64,000 nt of DNA. It comes from Rickettsiales bacterium (GTDB taxonomy: Bacteria > Pseudomonadota > Alphaproteobacteria > Rickettsiales > RGZB01). Each line of letters starts with the position of its first letter. Position 1 is the stretch's first letter. Positions 31,731 through 42,354 of the stretch are shown in pieces. A program made the position numbers and the translations under genes. The stretch covers positions 1,130 to 65,129 of the forward strand of contig JBIKVZ010000005.1 of the NCBI GenBank assembly GCA_044356525.1, read 5' to 3'. A model generated the notes under the pieces. That model saw only the letters and a list, made by a program, of their open reading frames with translations. It did no database searches and was not told the DNA's origin.

Positions 31731-32458
31731 TGTGCTGGTTCCTGCTGTTTTTTGGCTTCGGTTTTCAGCTGGCGGGCACTAAGGCTGATCAGGCCACTCT
31801 CTGATTTCAGCGGCGCAATATCGCTGATGCTTACGCCATCAAAGAAAATATCCACGGCTTTTTCATCGTTCACCTGCAGCCACTGCGCCTGACCTTCCGG
31901 CACGAAGTATGTGTCGCCCGAGCGGAGGCTAACAACCGCTACCACATCACCGCTGCGGCTATAGAATGTGAGCTGTGCGCTGCCGCTGGCGAGAATCACC
32001 ACGCTGCTATCCCTGTTTGTTTCACTCAGTGTTTCTGTTGCCGATGGCATTTCAGGCTGATAGGCCGCCTGCACATTGCCCGTATCATGAAGGCCATACC
32101 ACAGGCCATAGACCACCAGCGCCAATGCAAAGGTGACATAAGTCAGATTCCTTGGCGGACGCAAATCATTAGCAAAATAATCCGGCGGCGTGAAATTTTC
32201 TTTGGTTTTTAAATCTTTTCCGAGCGTGCGGAATGCTTCAATCAGCGCCTTCTCATCCAGCTTCAAAAAGCGGCCGTAGCTGCGCAGGTGACCTTCAGCA
32301 TAAAGAATGCCGGGCAGTGCGGCAAAGTCGCCTTTTTCCATTGCTTCGATGTAGACAAGGCGGATGTTCAGTTGCTCGGCAACATCCTGGCGGCTAAGCC
32401 CAAGCATGTCCCTGCCTCTTTCAAGCACTGCACCGATTTCCTGAAAATTGGAATACAT
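31727..32458 (-). CDS. rodZ: RodZ-like HTH / DUF4115 membrane protein
   Basis: N-terminal XRE-type HTH ([40 protein letters not shown]), a single TM helix, a C-terminal beta-rich domain, and position upstream of ispG. Confidence 0.7.
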
Positions 32459-32557
32459 ACGACCTAAAACCCCACCTCATACACGCCACCAAAATGCGTG
32501 TATTACCAATGGCTTTTATATACTAAAACCTCGGTTTTTCAAGAAAATTGCTGCATT

Positions 32558-33337
32558 TTAGGGCAGTGTGAAACGCAAACCGTCATAACCCGGCTCCACG
32601 CCTTTAGGCAATTCCGCCTTAAGCGTGGCATAAGAAAGCTCATGCCCCATGTGGGTTAAAATGGCGCGTTTTGGCTGCACGCGCTCAATCCAGCCGAGGG
32701 TTTGCGCCACATTTGAGTGGGTGACGGGAGTGCTATAAGTCTGGGCGTCCACCACCCAGGTATGCACGCCTTTTAGGGCGTCAAAGGCCTTGTCCTCCAA
32801 GGCGTTCAGGTCGGTGGAATAGGCAAAATCCCCAATGCGGTAGCCAAACGTGGTGATGCGGCCATGCTCTTGCGGGAAAGGCAGGATTTTAACCCCCGCC
32901 ACTTCAAAGGGCTTATAGGGCTCTACCACCTGCGGCACAAGAGCGGCGCGAAACCAGCCAAACTGCGGATTTGGCTCTAAAAACGCGTAGGCAAATCGGC
33001 TTTCGATCAGTTCCAGCGTGCGGGCATCGCCATATACGGTTAGGGCCGATTGTTTCAGGTGGTTAAAGCGCTTTAAGTCATCCAGCCCATGGCTGTGGTC
33101 GCCATGTTCATGGGTATACAGCACCGCATCCACCTGACGGATGTTTTCGCGCAGTGCCTGAAGACGCAAGTCGGGCGAAGTGTCGATTAATATACCCACT
33201 CCACCCACTTCTACATGCAGGGAAACGCGGGTACGGTTGTCTTTGGGATCGGTCGAATGGCAGATGGCGCAATCACAGCCAATCACCGGTACACCGGTGG
33301 AAGCACCACAGCCCAAAATCGTTACGTTGATGGCCAT
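32558..33337 (-). CDS. MBL-fold metallo-hydrolase (PhnP/GPMBL-like)
   Basis: ILGCGASTGVP and the HxHxDH motif YTHEHGDHSHGLDDL. Confidence 0.8.
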   Translation of the reverse strand: MAINVTILGCGASTGVPVIGCDCAICHSTDPKDNRTRVSLHVEVGGVGILIDTSPDLRLQALRENIRQVDAVLYTHEHGDHSHGLDDLKRFNHLKQSALTVYGDARTLELIESRFAYAFLEPNPQFGWFRAALVPQVVEPYKPFEVAGVKILPFPQEHGRITTFGYRIGDFAYSTDLNALEDKAFDALKGVHTWVVDAQTYSTPVTHSNVAQTLGWIERVQPKRAILTHMGHELSYATLKAELPKGVEPGYDGLRFTLP

Positions 33338-33395
33338 AAAATACCATTCTTTTTCTGCATAATTGCTACTATAATGCAGCCGGAAAGTTTTGGGT

Positions 33396-33821
33396 ATGGA
33401 AAGAAATCATTTCACGCATTTTTTGATTCTCGCACTCGTCGCTGGCACGCTCGCTGCCTGCACGGGGCAGCAGCACCGTTTTATAAATGATGCCACGGAT
33501 GCTGGCGCGCGGGATTATTTAAACGGCCTGTCGCACCGCCAAGTGTGCAAACAATACCATCAGGTGATGACGCTGCCGCCGGAGTTCGCACTCGCGCAAA
33601 AGCGCCTGGCCGCCGAGTATGCCAAGCGCAAACTGAATGATAAAAAATGCAGCGAGGCGTACAGCATCTGCATGTCATACGGCGTAGAAGAAAACACGCC
33701 CGAGTTCGCTAACTGCATCGTGAACACGAACAACACGCTGAGGCTTGAAGCGGAAATTCGCCGCAGCGAATTGCTCCAGCGCAACAGCCGGAATTATTGC
33801 CGCTGGCAGCCCTGCTACTAA
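33396..33821 (+). CDS. Lipoprotein, unknown function
   Basis: Signal peptide with the lipobox LAAC (LILALVAGTLAACTGQQ). Confidence 0.55.
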   Translation: MERNHFTHFLILALVAGTLAACTGQQHRFINDATDAGARDYLNGLSHRQVCKQYHQVMTLPPEFALAQKRLAAEYAKRKLNDKKCSEAYSICMSYGVEENTPEFANCIVNTNNTLRLEAEIRRSELLQRNSRNYCRWQPCY

Positions 33822-33823
33822 CT

Positions 33824-34600
33824 TTATACTTTGCTGGCTTTGGTAAATAGGCGGAAGAAATTTTCCGTCGTGGCGCTCGCGACTTCCGCATACGAAATGC
33901 CGCGAAGCTCGGCAAGGAATTCCGCCGTGTGGCGGGTGAAGGCAGGTTCGCACGGTTTGCCGCGGTGCGGCACCGGCGCAAGATACGGCGCATCGGTTTC
34001 CACCAGCAGGCGGTTTAGCGGAAAGTCTTTCGCGCAGGCCTGAAGATCAGTGGATTTTTTAAAGGTCAGAATGCCGGAGAGGGAAATATAGCCGCCCAGC
34101 GCCAGCGCCTTTTCACCCAGCGTGCGGGTGGAGCTGAAACAGTGCAGCAGAAAAGTGAAGGCACCCTTCCCCATTTCTTCTTCCAGTATCGCCATCATAT
34201 CATCGTCCGCATCGCGGCTGTGGATAATCAGTGGCAGCTTGAGTTGGCGCGCTGCCTCAATGTGTGTGTGGAATAATGTTTTTTGTATTTCGCGCGGGCT
34301 ATGTTCATAAAAATAATCGAGGCCGGTTTCACCAATACCAATCACCTTCGGGTGCGCCGCCCATTTCACCAATTCGGCCACCGTGATGTCGGTGTGGCCT
34401 TCCGCTTCGTGTGGGTGAATGCCGATGGAGCAAAACACCTGCTTATTCTCTTCCGCGATTTTGGTAATCACCGCAAAGTCACTGCGTTTGGTGCTGATGG
34501 TCTGCAGCAGCTTGACGTCCGCATTTTCGGCGCGCTTCAAAAAATCCGGCAAGTTTGCGAATTCGGGATAGTTCAAATGGCAGTGCGAATCAACCAGCAT
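33824..34600 (-). CDS. tatD: TatD family metal-dependent hydrolase
   Basis: MLVDSHCHLNYPEF and downstream His/Asp motifs (IGIHPHEA, ETDAPYL). Confidence 0.9.
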   Translation of the reverse strand: MLVDSHCHLNYPEFANLPDFLKRAENADVKLLQTISTKRSDFAVITKIAEENKQVFCSIGIHPHEAEGHTDITVAELVKWAAHPKVIGIGETGLDYFYEHSPREIQKTLFHTHIEAARQLKLPLIIHSRDADDDMMAILEEEMGKGAFTFLLHCFSSTRTLGEKALALGGYISLSGILTFKKSTDLQACAKDFPLNRLLVETDAPYLAPVPHRGKPCEPAFTRHTAEFLAELRGISYAEVASATTENFFRLFTKASKV

Positions 34601-34608
34601 AAAATGCC

Positions 34609-34938
34609 TTACTTGGTGATAACCTTAAGGCCGATGCAACCTATTAATACCAGTAGCATGAATACGGCCTTCAGCACCGTCATCGGCTCATTGAAATACA
34701 TCATACCGATAATGGCGAACACAAACGTGCCCACTCCGCTCCAAATCACATAGGCCACAGCCAGCGGCAGGGTTTTGATGCTCATGCCCCAAAAGAAAGT
34801 GGCCGCAAACATCAGCACCATCGCCAACGCACCCAGCAGCGGCTTTTCAAAACCATTGGATATTTTCAACAATGGGTTACCAATCAATGAAAGCAGCAGG
34901 CCTATGCCCAAATAAAACCACCCGTTTATCCAACTCAT
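34609..34938 (-). CDS. sugE: SMR family small multidrug/quaternary ammonium efflux protein
   Basis: 109 aa, four TM helices, VAYVIWSGVGTFVFAIIG segment typical of SugE/EmrE. The specific symbol is tentative. Confidence 0.7.
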   Translation of the reverse strand: MSWINGWFYLGIGLLLSLIGNPLLKISNGFEKPLLGALAMVLMFAATFFWGMSIKTLPLAVAYVIWSGVGTFVFAIIGMMYFNEPMTVLKAVFMLLVLIGCIGLKVITK

Positions 34939-36611
34939 TTTTTGGCCTCCACTTGAAGGCGCGGGAACACACCCTGCGGCACTGGCAGCACCGTGCCGGG
35001 CTTTAATGCGAATTCCGGATTGAGCTTTGTGAAAGGAACGCCCGCATTAGCTTCCTTTTCATCATACCCCACCTGCACTAATATTTTCGCGCACGCGCTG
35101 GGAGCGAAAGGCTGAAGCATAATAGCGATACAGCGCACTGCTTCAGCAAGGTGATATAAAATCGTGTGGGCATGCGCCATGTTGGTTTTGGCTTTGGTCC
35201 ACGGCGCTTTTTTGTCGATATATTCGTTGGCGTAAAAACCCATGCGCTTGATGTCATCCAGCACTTCACGGAATTCACCATTCTCATAACGTTTGCGCAC
35301 AATGGCGGGAGTACTTTTTTCCGTCACCTGCACTTCTTTAAGCAGCGCCTTGTCGTCATCATCCAGATCATCCAGCAGCAAGTCATCAAATTCCGGCACT
35401 TTGCCGTCGCAGTTTTTTTGAATCAGCGAAAGGGTGCGCTGGGCAAGGTTGCCGATGTTGTTGGCAAGGTCAGCGTTGATGTTTTCCACCATGCGGCTTT
35501 GGGCAAAATCGCCATCATTACCGAACGGCATCGCCGCCAGCATGAAGTAACGCAGCTGGTCTACGCCGCCTGCTTTGGTAATCATGTCCTGCGGGGAAAG
35601 CACATTGCCGAGCGACTTGCTCATTTTTTCGCCTTCAATAGTCCACCAACCATGCGCCACAATTTGTTTTGGCAGTGGCAGGTTGGCCGCCATCAGCATG
35701 GCGGGCCAATACACGGCGTGGAAGCGTAGGATATCTTTCCCAATCACGTGCACCGCATTGCCGCGCACATATTCCGGATGTTCCTCGCGCTGCTTGGCTT
35801 CATCGTCCGGCGCCCAGAATTTTTTATATTCTTCGCCGTTCACATCGGGGTAACCCACGGCGGTCAGGTAGTTCGTCAGCGCGTCAATCCACACATACAT
35901 CACATGGCCTTTACGCTCCGGCACTGGAATGCCCCAGCCGAACTTCGTGCGCGACACGGAAAGATCTTGCAGCCCGCTTTTCACAAACTGCTTCACTTCG
36001 TTCATGCGGTATTGCGGCACGATAAAGTCAGGATTCTTGTCGTAAAACTCGAGTAGTTTTTTGCCAAACACGCTGAGCTGGAAGAAGTAGCTTTCCTCGC
36101 GCACCCATTCCACTTCTGCGCCGGTGGGGGCTAACTTCTTGCCGTCTTTTTCAATCAATTCTGATTCCGCGTAATACGCCTCATCGCGCACAGAATACCA
36201 GCCGTCATATTCATCAAGGTAAATATGCCCGCTTTCTTTCAGCTTTTCCCACAGCGCCTGACAGGCCTTGAGGTGACGCGGCTCGGTGGTGCGGATAAAG
36301 TCGTTGTTGGAGGCATTGAGGATGTTTGCCCCACCATCCGTACGGTTCGGGTCTTTCACCAAGTGGCGGAAACGCTGCGAGACTTCATCGCAAAATGCCA
36401 GTGGCGCTTTGCCTGCAGCAGCAGCGGCTTTATCCACCTTCTGCCCGTGCTCGTCTGTGCCGGTAAGGAATTTTACTTCCGCACCGTCAAGTCGCATGAA
36501 GCGCGCCATGACATCGCAGGCGATGGTGGTATACGCATGCCCGATATGTGGAGAATCGTTAACGTAGTAAATGGGCGTGGTGATGTAAAAAGCTTTACTT
36601 TTTCCCGCCAC
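34935..36611 (-). CDS. metG: Methionine--tRNA ligase
   Basis: HIGH motif (PHIGHAYTT) and KMSKS motif (KMSKSLGN). Confidence 0.95.
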   Translation of the reverse strand: MAGKSKAFYITTPIYYVNDSPHIGHAYTTIACDVMARFMRLDGAEVKFLTGTDEHGQKVDKAAAAAGKAPLAFCDEVSQRFRHLVKDPNRTDGGANILNASNNDFIRTTEPRHLKACQALWEKLKESGHIYLDEYDGWYSVRDEAYYAESELIEKDGKKLAPTGAEVEWVREESYFFQLSVFGKKLLEFYDKNPDFIVPQYRMNEVKQFVKSGLQDLSVSRTKFGWGIPVPERKGHVMYVWIDALTNYLTAVGYPDVNGEEYKKFWAPDDEAKQREEHPEYVRGNAVHVIGKDILRFHAVYWPAMLMAANLPLPKQIVAHGWWTIEGEKMSKSLGNVLSPQDMITKAGGVDQLRYFMLAAMPFGNDGDFAQSRMVENINADLANNIGNLAQRTLSLIQKNCDGKVPEFDDLLLDDLDDDDKALLKEVQVTEKSTPAIVRKRYENGEFREVLDDIKRMGFYANEYIDKKAPWTKAKTNMAHAHTILYHLAEAVRCIAIMLQPFAPSACAKILVQVGYDEKEANAGVPFTKLNPEFALKPGTVLPVPQGVFPRLQVEAKK

Positions 36612-37470
36612 GTTTCTTCCCCTTCTTCGCCGCTGGCTTCTTCGCCGTCGGTTTCTTGCCTGCTGGCTTTTTCTTGGCAGCTTTTTTGCGTGTGGCAGGT
36701 TTTTTACGCGAATTCTCGCGCAGCATTTCCATCGCCTGCGTGGCAGGGTAAATCATGTCTTCTGACTCTGCCTGTTTCTTATTGCTTGCGGGCTTATTCA
36801 TGCCTTTCAGGGGCTTCATTACATCACGCGAAGGCACCATCACATCAAGGTTTGAAAGCGGGCCTTTTTTATTGCGGCTGTAATACCAGCCATAAGACAC
36901 CACCAGCAGAATCAGGAACACAGCGATGAATGCCTGCACCATGTGTAACGATTCTTGCACCTGCTGTTTATTATCACCAATCAGGTAACCAATCGTGAGC
37001 AGAATCAGCATCCAGCCGCCGCCACCCACCGTGGTGTAGATACAAAACTTTTTGAAATCCATTTTGGCAATGCCTGCTGGAATGGGAATCAGGTGGCGAA
37101 GGCCTGGAATAAAACGGCCACTGAACGTGGAAATAGCCCCATGTTCTTTAAAAAACTCTTCTACTTTTTTGAAACGCTCTTCCGAGATGAACATATATTT
37201 GCCATAGGCGAGCAGGAACTTGCGACCCAGCGTTATACCCAGCCAATAGTTAAACACCGCGCCGGAAAGCGTGCCAACCGTGGCAACTAAAAACAACAGC
37301 CAAAAATTAAACAGGCCTTGGTGAGCCAGATAGCCTGCGGGAATGACTACCAGTTCGCTTGGTAGCGGCACGAAGGTGCTCTCGATGAAGGTAAGGATGT
37401 AAATACCCCAGTAGCCCATGCTGCCGATGAAATCCACCAACTGCCCCAGCAATGCATGTAACGCTTCCAT
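36595..37470 (-). CDS. DedA/SNARE-associated family membrane protein with Lys-rich C-terminal tail
   Basis: DedA core (FIESTFVPLPSELVVIPAGY, FSGRFIPGLRHLIPIPAG). The tail is KKPATRKKAAKKKPAGKKPTAKKPAAKKGKKRGGKK. It overlaps the metG start by 17 nt. Confidence 0.8.
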   Translation of the reverse strand: MEALHALLGQLVDFIGSMGYWGIYILTFIESTFVPLPSELVVIPAGYLAHQGLFNFWLLFLVATVGTLSGAVFNYWLGITLGRKFLLAYGKYMFISEERFKKVEEFFKEHGAISTFSGRFIPGLRHLIPIPAGIAKMDFKKFCIYTTVGGGGWMLILLTIGYLIGDNKQQVQESLHMVQAFIAVFLILLVVSYGWYYSRNKKGPLSNLDVMVPSRDVMKPLKGMNKPASNKKQAESEDMIYPATQAMEMLRENSRKKPATRKKAAKKKPAGKKPTAKKPAAKKGKKRGGKK

Positions 37471-37506
37471 CCGTACCTCTTTATCTACTTTAAAATGTTA
37501 CGTGGC

Positions 37507-38649
37507 TCAGGCAGCAACTGATTTCACTGCCTCAAGCATGCAGATGGCGGTGTGGCGCTTGTCCATATTGACGCGGTTCACGTCCACCATCATGCGGTTC
37601 ACTTTTTCCCATACATCCGCCCATTTATCAAGTGATGCTTTTGATGCGAGGGCTTTTTTTACCTCTGCCTCACCGCTGACTGCCTCTGGCTGCCATATCC
37701 CCGTCATCGAGCCTTGTGCCGTGCTGGCAATCAAATATTGCAGCAAATAACCGAAGCGGTGCCATGCGGCGGCGTCAGTTTTCGAGGTCACCTGCTGCAC
37801 CATCTCAAGGCATTGTTGGATATCGAGCGCAGGAAACTTGCGGCAGATGGAAAGCAGCACGCCATACATCTCGCGCGCGGCATCGGTGCTATATTCCAGT
37901 GCAAGACCCGGTGAACCGGGCGCAACGGTGGCAGCAAAACGCAGTTGAGCATCGTTAATGTCTGGCGCGGCAGCGCTTAACACCTGCTTCATCGGCTGGT
38001 CCGCCAGCGGGCGCAGTTTTAAGAATCGGCAACGCGAACGAATGGTCGGCAACAGCCTGCCCGGTGCATGGCTTACAAGAATAAATAACGCCCGCGCAGG
38101 CGGCTCTTCCAGCAGCTTAAGCAACGCGTTTGCGGCGTTACGGTTCATGTTGTCGGCACTATCCACAATCACCACACGCCAGCCCGATTGCGACGAGGTG
38201 AGTGAAAGGAAATGCCCCACGCGCCGCACTTCATCCACCGAAATTTCCTGCCTTACCTTACCATCTTCATCTGGCTGCTCTTCGCTAATAACCAGCAGGT
38301 CAGGGTGCGAGCCTTCGGCAATTTGCGTGAAGGTGTGGCTGGTTTCATCAATCGCCAAACCAGTTGGCGCTTCTATCGCAGGTTCAGGCAACAATTCACC
38401 AAACAAACCTTGCTGCGAGGTATCCACCTCTGCCTTACGAGCAGCCGCAGGGCTATCCAGCACCCAGCGCGCCATGCGGTATGCCAGCGTGGCCTTGCCA
38501 ATGCCTTTAGGGCCGGAGATAAGCCATGCATGGTGTGCTTTGCCCGATGCAAAGGCGCGCAGAATTTCAGCCTCTTCGGCTTCATGGCCAAACAAAGTAG
38601 GATTCTGCTGCGGCTTTTTAAATTCTGTCATGTTAGCCAACCGGAGCAA
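37507..38649 (-). CDS. holB: DNA polymerase III delta-prime subunit
   Basis: HAWLISGPKGIGKATLAYRMARWVL, SRC motif (TIRSRCRF), and tmk-holB synteny. Confidence 0.88.
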   Translation of the reverse strand: MLRLANMTEFKKPQQNPTLFGHEAEEAEILRAFASGKAHHAWLISGPKGIGKATLAYRMARWVLDSPAAARKAEVDTSQQGLFGELLPEPAIEAPTGLAIDETSHTFTQIAEGSHPDLLVISEEQPDEDGKVRQEISVDEVRRVGHFLSLTSSQSGWRVVIVDSADNMNRNAANALLKLLEEPPARALFILVSHAPGRLLPTIRSRCRFLKLRPLADQPMKQVLSAAAPDINDAQLRFAATVAPGSPGLALEYSTDAAREMYGVLLSICRKFPALDIQQCLEMVQQVTSKTDAAAWHRFGYLLQYLIASTAQGSMTGIWQPEAVSGEAEVKKALASKASLDKWADVWEKVNRMMVDVNRVNMDKRHTAICMLEAVKSVAA

Positions 38650-39280
38650 GTTTGAGTTTTAAGCGTTCGTTTGTATGGCGAATAATGTCTGTATGCACTT
38701 CTGCCATGCTGCGTGCCGCATTCACCACCACACAGCGTTTGGGCTCAGCGGCGGCAATTGCTAAAAACCCATCACGCAGGCGTTCATGAAAATCATGACC
38801 CATTTTTTCATAACGGTTTTCGGCCGCGCCACGGCTCTCCGCACGGCGAATACCATCCGCCACTTCAATATCGAGGATAAAGGTCAGGTGTGGCAAGAAT
38901 TTTCCGAGCACGATTTTGTGCAGCTTTTTTACCACCTCTTCGCCCAATTTATGGCCATGCCCTTGGTAAGCCAAGGTGGAATCTGAAAAACGATCACTCA
39001 CCACCCACGTGCCCTCTGCCAGCTTCGGCTGTATGGACTTGGTTACATGGTCGCGGCGCGCGGCGTAATGCAAAAGCAGCTCTGTCATTGCATCCATTTT
39101 TCCTGGCTCGCCGGAAACCAGCAAACCACGAATCGCCTCAGCCTCAGGCGTACCGCCCGGCTCACGCGTGACTGCGCACTCTACACCAGCATTTCTGAGC
39201 GCTTCAGCAAACATGCGTATCTGGGTGGATTTCCCCGCGCCCTCACCCCCTTCAAACGTGATGAATTTGGCGGCAGGCAT
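38633..39280 (-). CDS. tmk: dTMP (thymidylate) kinase
   Basis: P-loop FITFEGGEGAGKSTQ and the DRF motif (VVSDRFSDSTLAYQG). Confidence 0.93.
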   Translation of the reverse strand: MPAAKFITFEGGEGAGKSTQIRMFAEALRNAGVECAVTREPGGTPEAEAIRGLLVSGEPGKMDAMTELLLHYAARRDHVTKSIQPKLAEGTWVVSDRFSDSTLAYQGHGHKLGEEVVKKLHKIVLGKFLPHLTFILDIEVADGIRRAESRGAAENRYEKMGHDFHERLRDGFLAIAAAEPKRCVVVNAARSMAEVHTDIIRHTNERLKLKLAPVG

Positions 39281-39283
39281 CGG

Positions 39284-40453
39284 TTATTGTTGCAAGATAA
39301 GGATTTTAGCCTTTTGCACGAGGCGGCTGAAATACGAAAGTTCCACAACATCTTCACCCGCGATGAGCGGAATGCGCGTTTCTTCCATGCCCTGCTTATT
39401 CACCACCAGCTCGGCAATTTTCTGCCCTTTAGCAATGGGTGCAGGAATTGGGCCTTCGTACGCCACCGCCACTTTAATGCCATGGTTGCCACGACGGCTA
39501 ATCAGGAAGGCAACGTCTTTTTCTATCACCAGCGGAACGGTTGAGGTTTTGCCAAACCAGACATCAGCACTATCTACCACTTGCCCTGCCTTAAACAGCA
39601 CGCGGTGTTCAAAGTCGCGGAAGCCATGCATCAGCAGGCGTTCGGTTTCCGTGCCACGCTCTTTTTCGCTTTTCATGCCGTTGGTGACTGAAATCAGGCG
39701 GCGGCCATCCTGCAACGCAGAGGCAACAATGCCATAGCCGGCTTCTTCGGTGTGACCCGTTTTCAGGCCATCTACACCAATGCTTTTGCCCAGCAGCGGG
39801 TTGCGATTGTGCTGGCGGATACCGTGGAAAGTAAACTCCCTTTCGGCAAACATCGGGTAATATTCTGGGAAGTCACGAATAATGGCTTTGCCCAGAATCG
39901 CCAAGTCGCGCGGGGTGGAATAATGGTCAGGCTCAGGCCAGCCGCTAGCGTTTTTAAAATTGGAGTTTTTCATGCCGAGTTTGGCAGCCACATGGTTCAT
40001 CTCTTGGGCAAAGGCTTCCTCGCTGCCGGAAATGCCTTCTGCCACCACCACGCAGGCATCATTACCAGACTGAATGATAATACCCTTCAGCAAATCTGAA
40101 ATTTTTACCTGAGTATTCAAGCTCACAAACATTTTGGAGCCACCCATTTTCCAAGCTTTTTCACTCACAGTGAAGGTGTCATCCATCTTCACTGAGCCGC
40201 TTTTAAGACGCTCAAACAGAATATAATTGGTGAGTAGCTTCGTCATGGACGATGGCGTCATGCGCTCATCGGCTTTCTTCTCATAAAGGAACGAATCGCT
40301 GTTCATGTCCAGCAGCACGGCAAAGTCTGCCGTGCTGGTGAATCCACCGCCTTCTTGGGCTTGTGCCGGAGCGGCTAAAAATAAAAGAGAAAAAACGGAA
40401 AGAAAAAATGAGAATGTAGAAAGTTTATTTACCGACAATAATTGCATCATCAA
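39284..40453 (-). CDS. dacC: D-alanyl-D-alanine carboxypeptidase (PBP5/6 class)
   Basis: Signal peptide, SxxK (SMTKLLT), SxN (SGND) and KTG (KTGHT). Confidence 0.88.
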   Translation of the reverse strand: MMMQLLSVNKLSTFSFFLSVFSLLFLAAPAQAQEGGGFTSTADFAVLLDMNSDSFLYEKKADERMTPSSMTKLLTNYILFERLKSGSVKMDDTFTVSEKAWKMGGSKMFVSLNTQVKISDLLKGIIIQSGNDACVVVAEGISGSEEAFAQEMNHVAAKLGMKNSNFKNASGWPEPDHYSTPRDLAILGKAIIRDFPEYYPMFAEREFTFHGIRQHNRNPLLGKSIGVDGLKTGHTEEAGYGIVASALQDGRRLISVTNGMKSEKERGTETERLLMHGFRDFEHRVLFKAGQVVDSADVWFGKTSTVPLVIEKDVAFLISRRGNHGIKVAVAYEGPIPAPIAKGQKIAELVVNKQGMEETRIPLIAGEDVVELSYFSRLVQKAKILILQQ

Positions 40454-41318
40454 ATCCTAGATACGCTACCTGTTCCAATGCTTTACCGGCTTCTTCCTGC
40501 GTTTTGTAAGGTCCTACTTTCACGCGATAGAGAATGCTGCCCCGAAGCTCTGCTTCTTCAATACGCACATTCCCCACTTTGTTCAAGCCTTTTGCGATGC
40601 TGCTCGCACTATCGCGCGAACTATACGAACCGGTCTGCACAAAATGCTGATCGTAGCTATGCAGGCGTGCTTCCATGGTGGTTTCACGTGGTGACGTATG
40701 GTGGCGAGCAGTTTGCACGCGCGGGGTCGGCGGTGCATCGACATCGTGATTATCGTGGAACAATTTTGCAGTCTGCACTTTATCGAATTCCACTTTGATC
40801 TTCGCAACACCCTTGTCACGGAAGCCAAGCAGGTCAGCTGCGCGCTCTGAAAGGTCTAGGATGCGGCCGTCTTCAAACGGGCCACGGTCGTTCACACGCA
40901 CCAGCAGCGTCTTACCGTTTTCAAGATTGGTCACGCGCACCATGCAAGGCATCGGCAGAGTCCTATGCGCCGCGCTAATGTCATGGCGGTCGAATATCTC
41001 ACCGTTTGCGGTCAGCTTGTTATGGAACTTAGGCCCATACCACGAGGCATAGCCCACTTCTTTATATTTTTCGTCTTCTTTTGGCTTATACAACTTGCCC
41101 TTAATTTTGTAGGAAGCGCCGACTTTATAGTTGTCCCAGTTCTCGGTACGAGATGGCGGGCGCTTGAAGAAACTGAGGAATGACGGACGGTATGATTCAG
41201 GGCGATATTTATCTACCGTGGAGTAATAGCCATAGCTACTACAGGCAAACACCACCAGGCTCACGCAGTACACCCACGCGACGTTCCTAACGACCTTAAG
41301 AAAGCGAGCAATCATCAT
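40425..41318 (-). CDS. rlpA: Septal ring lytic transglycosylase RlpA family protein with SPOR domain
   Basis: DPBB core GYASWYGPKFHNKLTANGEIFD..MVRVTNLENGKTLLVRVNDRGPF. C-terminal SPOR-like FVQTGSYSSRDSA...YRVKVGPY. Confidence 0.88.
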   Translation of the reverse strand: MMIARFLKVVRNVAWVYCVSLVVFACSSYGYYSTVDKYRPESYRPSFLSFFKRPPSRTENWDNYKVGASYKIKGKLYKPKEDEKYKEVGYASWYGPKFHNKLTANGEIFDRHDISAAHRTLPMPCMVRVTNLENGKTLLVRVNDRGPFEDGRILDLSERAADLLGFRDKGVAKIKVEFDKVQTAKLFHDNHDVDAPPTPRVQTARHHTSPRETTMEARLHSYDQHFVQTGSYSSRDSASSIAKGLNKVGNVRIEEAELRGSILYRVKVGPYKTQEEAGKALEQVAYLGFDDAIIVGK

Positions 41319-41379
41319 ATACTGAAGTCTCTCGTTGGTTAAGGGGGGAGGATTTTACTAAAATTTTAGTAATCGCTTG

Positions 41380-42354
41380 TTAATAAGCAAGGGCATCCGC
41401 GAGACTACCCACGGCTACCGCAAAGAAGTTTGAACGGTTCCATTTTAAGATACTTTCATAGTTAGAGTAAACTAAAAAGGCATCTTTTTCCTTCCATTCA
41501 GGGATAATAAGCTTTGTTTTCAGTGGCTTATCTGGTAAATTGCCCCCACCCACGGCGCGCACCCCTTTTTGTTGCCATTCTGCGAGTAAAAGCTCTTGTT
41601 TTTCAAAAGAATAGTCAAAATCTGATGGTAATTTTACCTTCCTGCCCCACGTCAATTCATCATCCCAACCGACGTTTTTAAGGTAGTTGGCGATAGAGGC
41701 AAACACATCCTCCTGCGTGCCCCAAATATCCCGCTTTCCATCTCCATTTTCATCTACTGCAAAATTCAAAAAGCTGGAAGGCATAAACTGCGTCTGCCCC
41801 ATTGCGCCCGCCCACGAGCCAACCATCTTGCTCTCATCCACATGGTCTTCGTCGATGATTTTGAGCGCCTTTATGAGTTCGTCTTTAAAGAAGTCAGCGC
41901 GGCGGCCCTCATAGGCCATGGTGGCCAGCGCATCAACAATTTTAAACCCGCCCGTATTGCCGCCAAAATTGGTTTCAATGCCCCATAGCGCCACGATAAA
42001 GCGCGGCTGCACACCATATTTCGCGCCGATTGTGTTGAGCAGCGCCTTATGCTGGCGCATCATTTCACGGCCTTTTTGAATCCGCGCCTTGTTCACCACG
42101 TTCTTTAAGTACTGGTGCATGGTCAGCTTCATTTCCGGCTGTTTTCTATCCAGCTCGATTGCCTTGGGCAGGAACACGGCTTTGCCGAGTACGCCATCCA
42201 CCGTTGGTTGGCTGATGCCAGCCGTGAGCGCTTCCTGTTTCATGCCCTCTAACCACGGAGCAAATCCTTCGGCACCTTTTGCCAAAGCAGCGGGGCTTGT
42301 GCCCAGCATACCAACTAAGGTGAGTGTCATCAGGGCACCACGTAAACCAATCAT
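41380..42354 (-). CDS. Lytic murein transglycosylase (MltB family)
   Basis: Signal peptide, WGIETNFG and AGAMGQTQFMPSSF motifs. Confidence 0.85.
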   Translation of the reverse strand: MIGLRGALMTLTLVGMLGTSPAALAKGAEGFAPWLEGMKQEALTAGISQPTVDGVLGKAVFLPKAIELDRKQPEMKLTMHQYLKNVVNKARIQKGREMMRQHKALLNTIGAKYGVQPRFIVALWGIETNFGGNTGGFKIVDALATMAYEGRRADFFKDELIKALKIIDEDHVDESKMVGSWAGAMGQTQFMPSSFLNFAVDENGDGKRDIWGTQEDVFASIANYLKNVGWDDELTWGRKVKLPSDFDYSFEKQELLLAEWQQKGVRAVGGGNLPDKPLKTKLIIPEWKEKDAFLVYSNYESILKWNRSNFFAVAVGSLADALAY

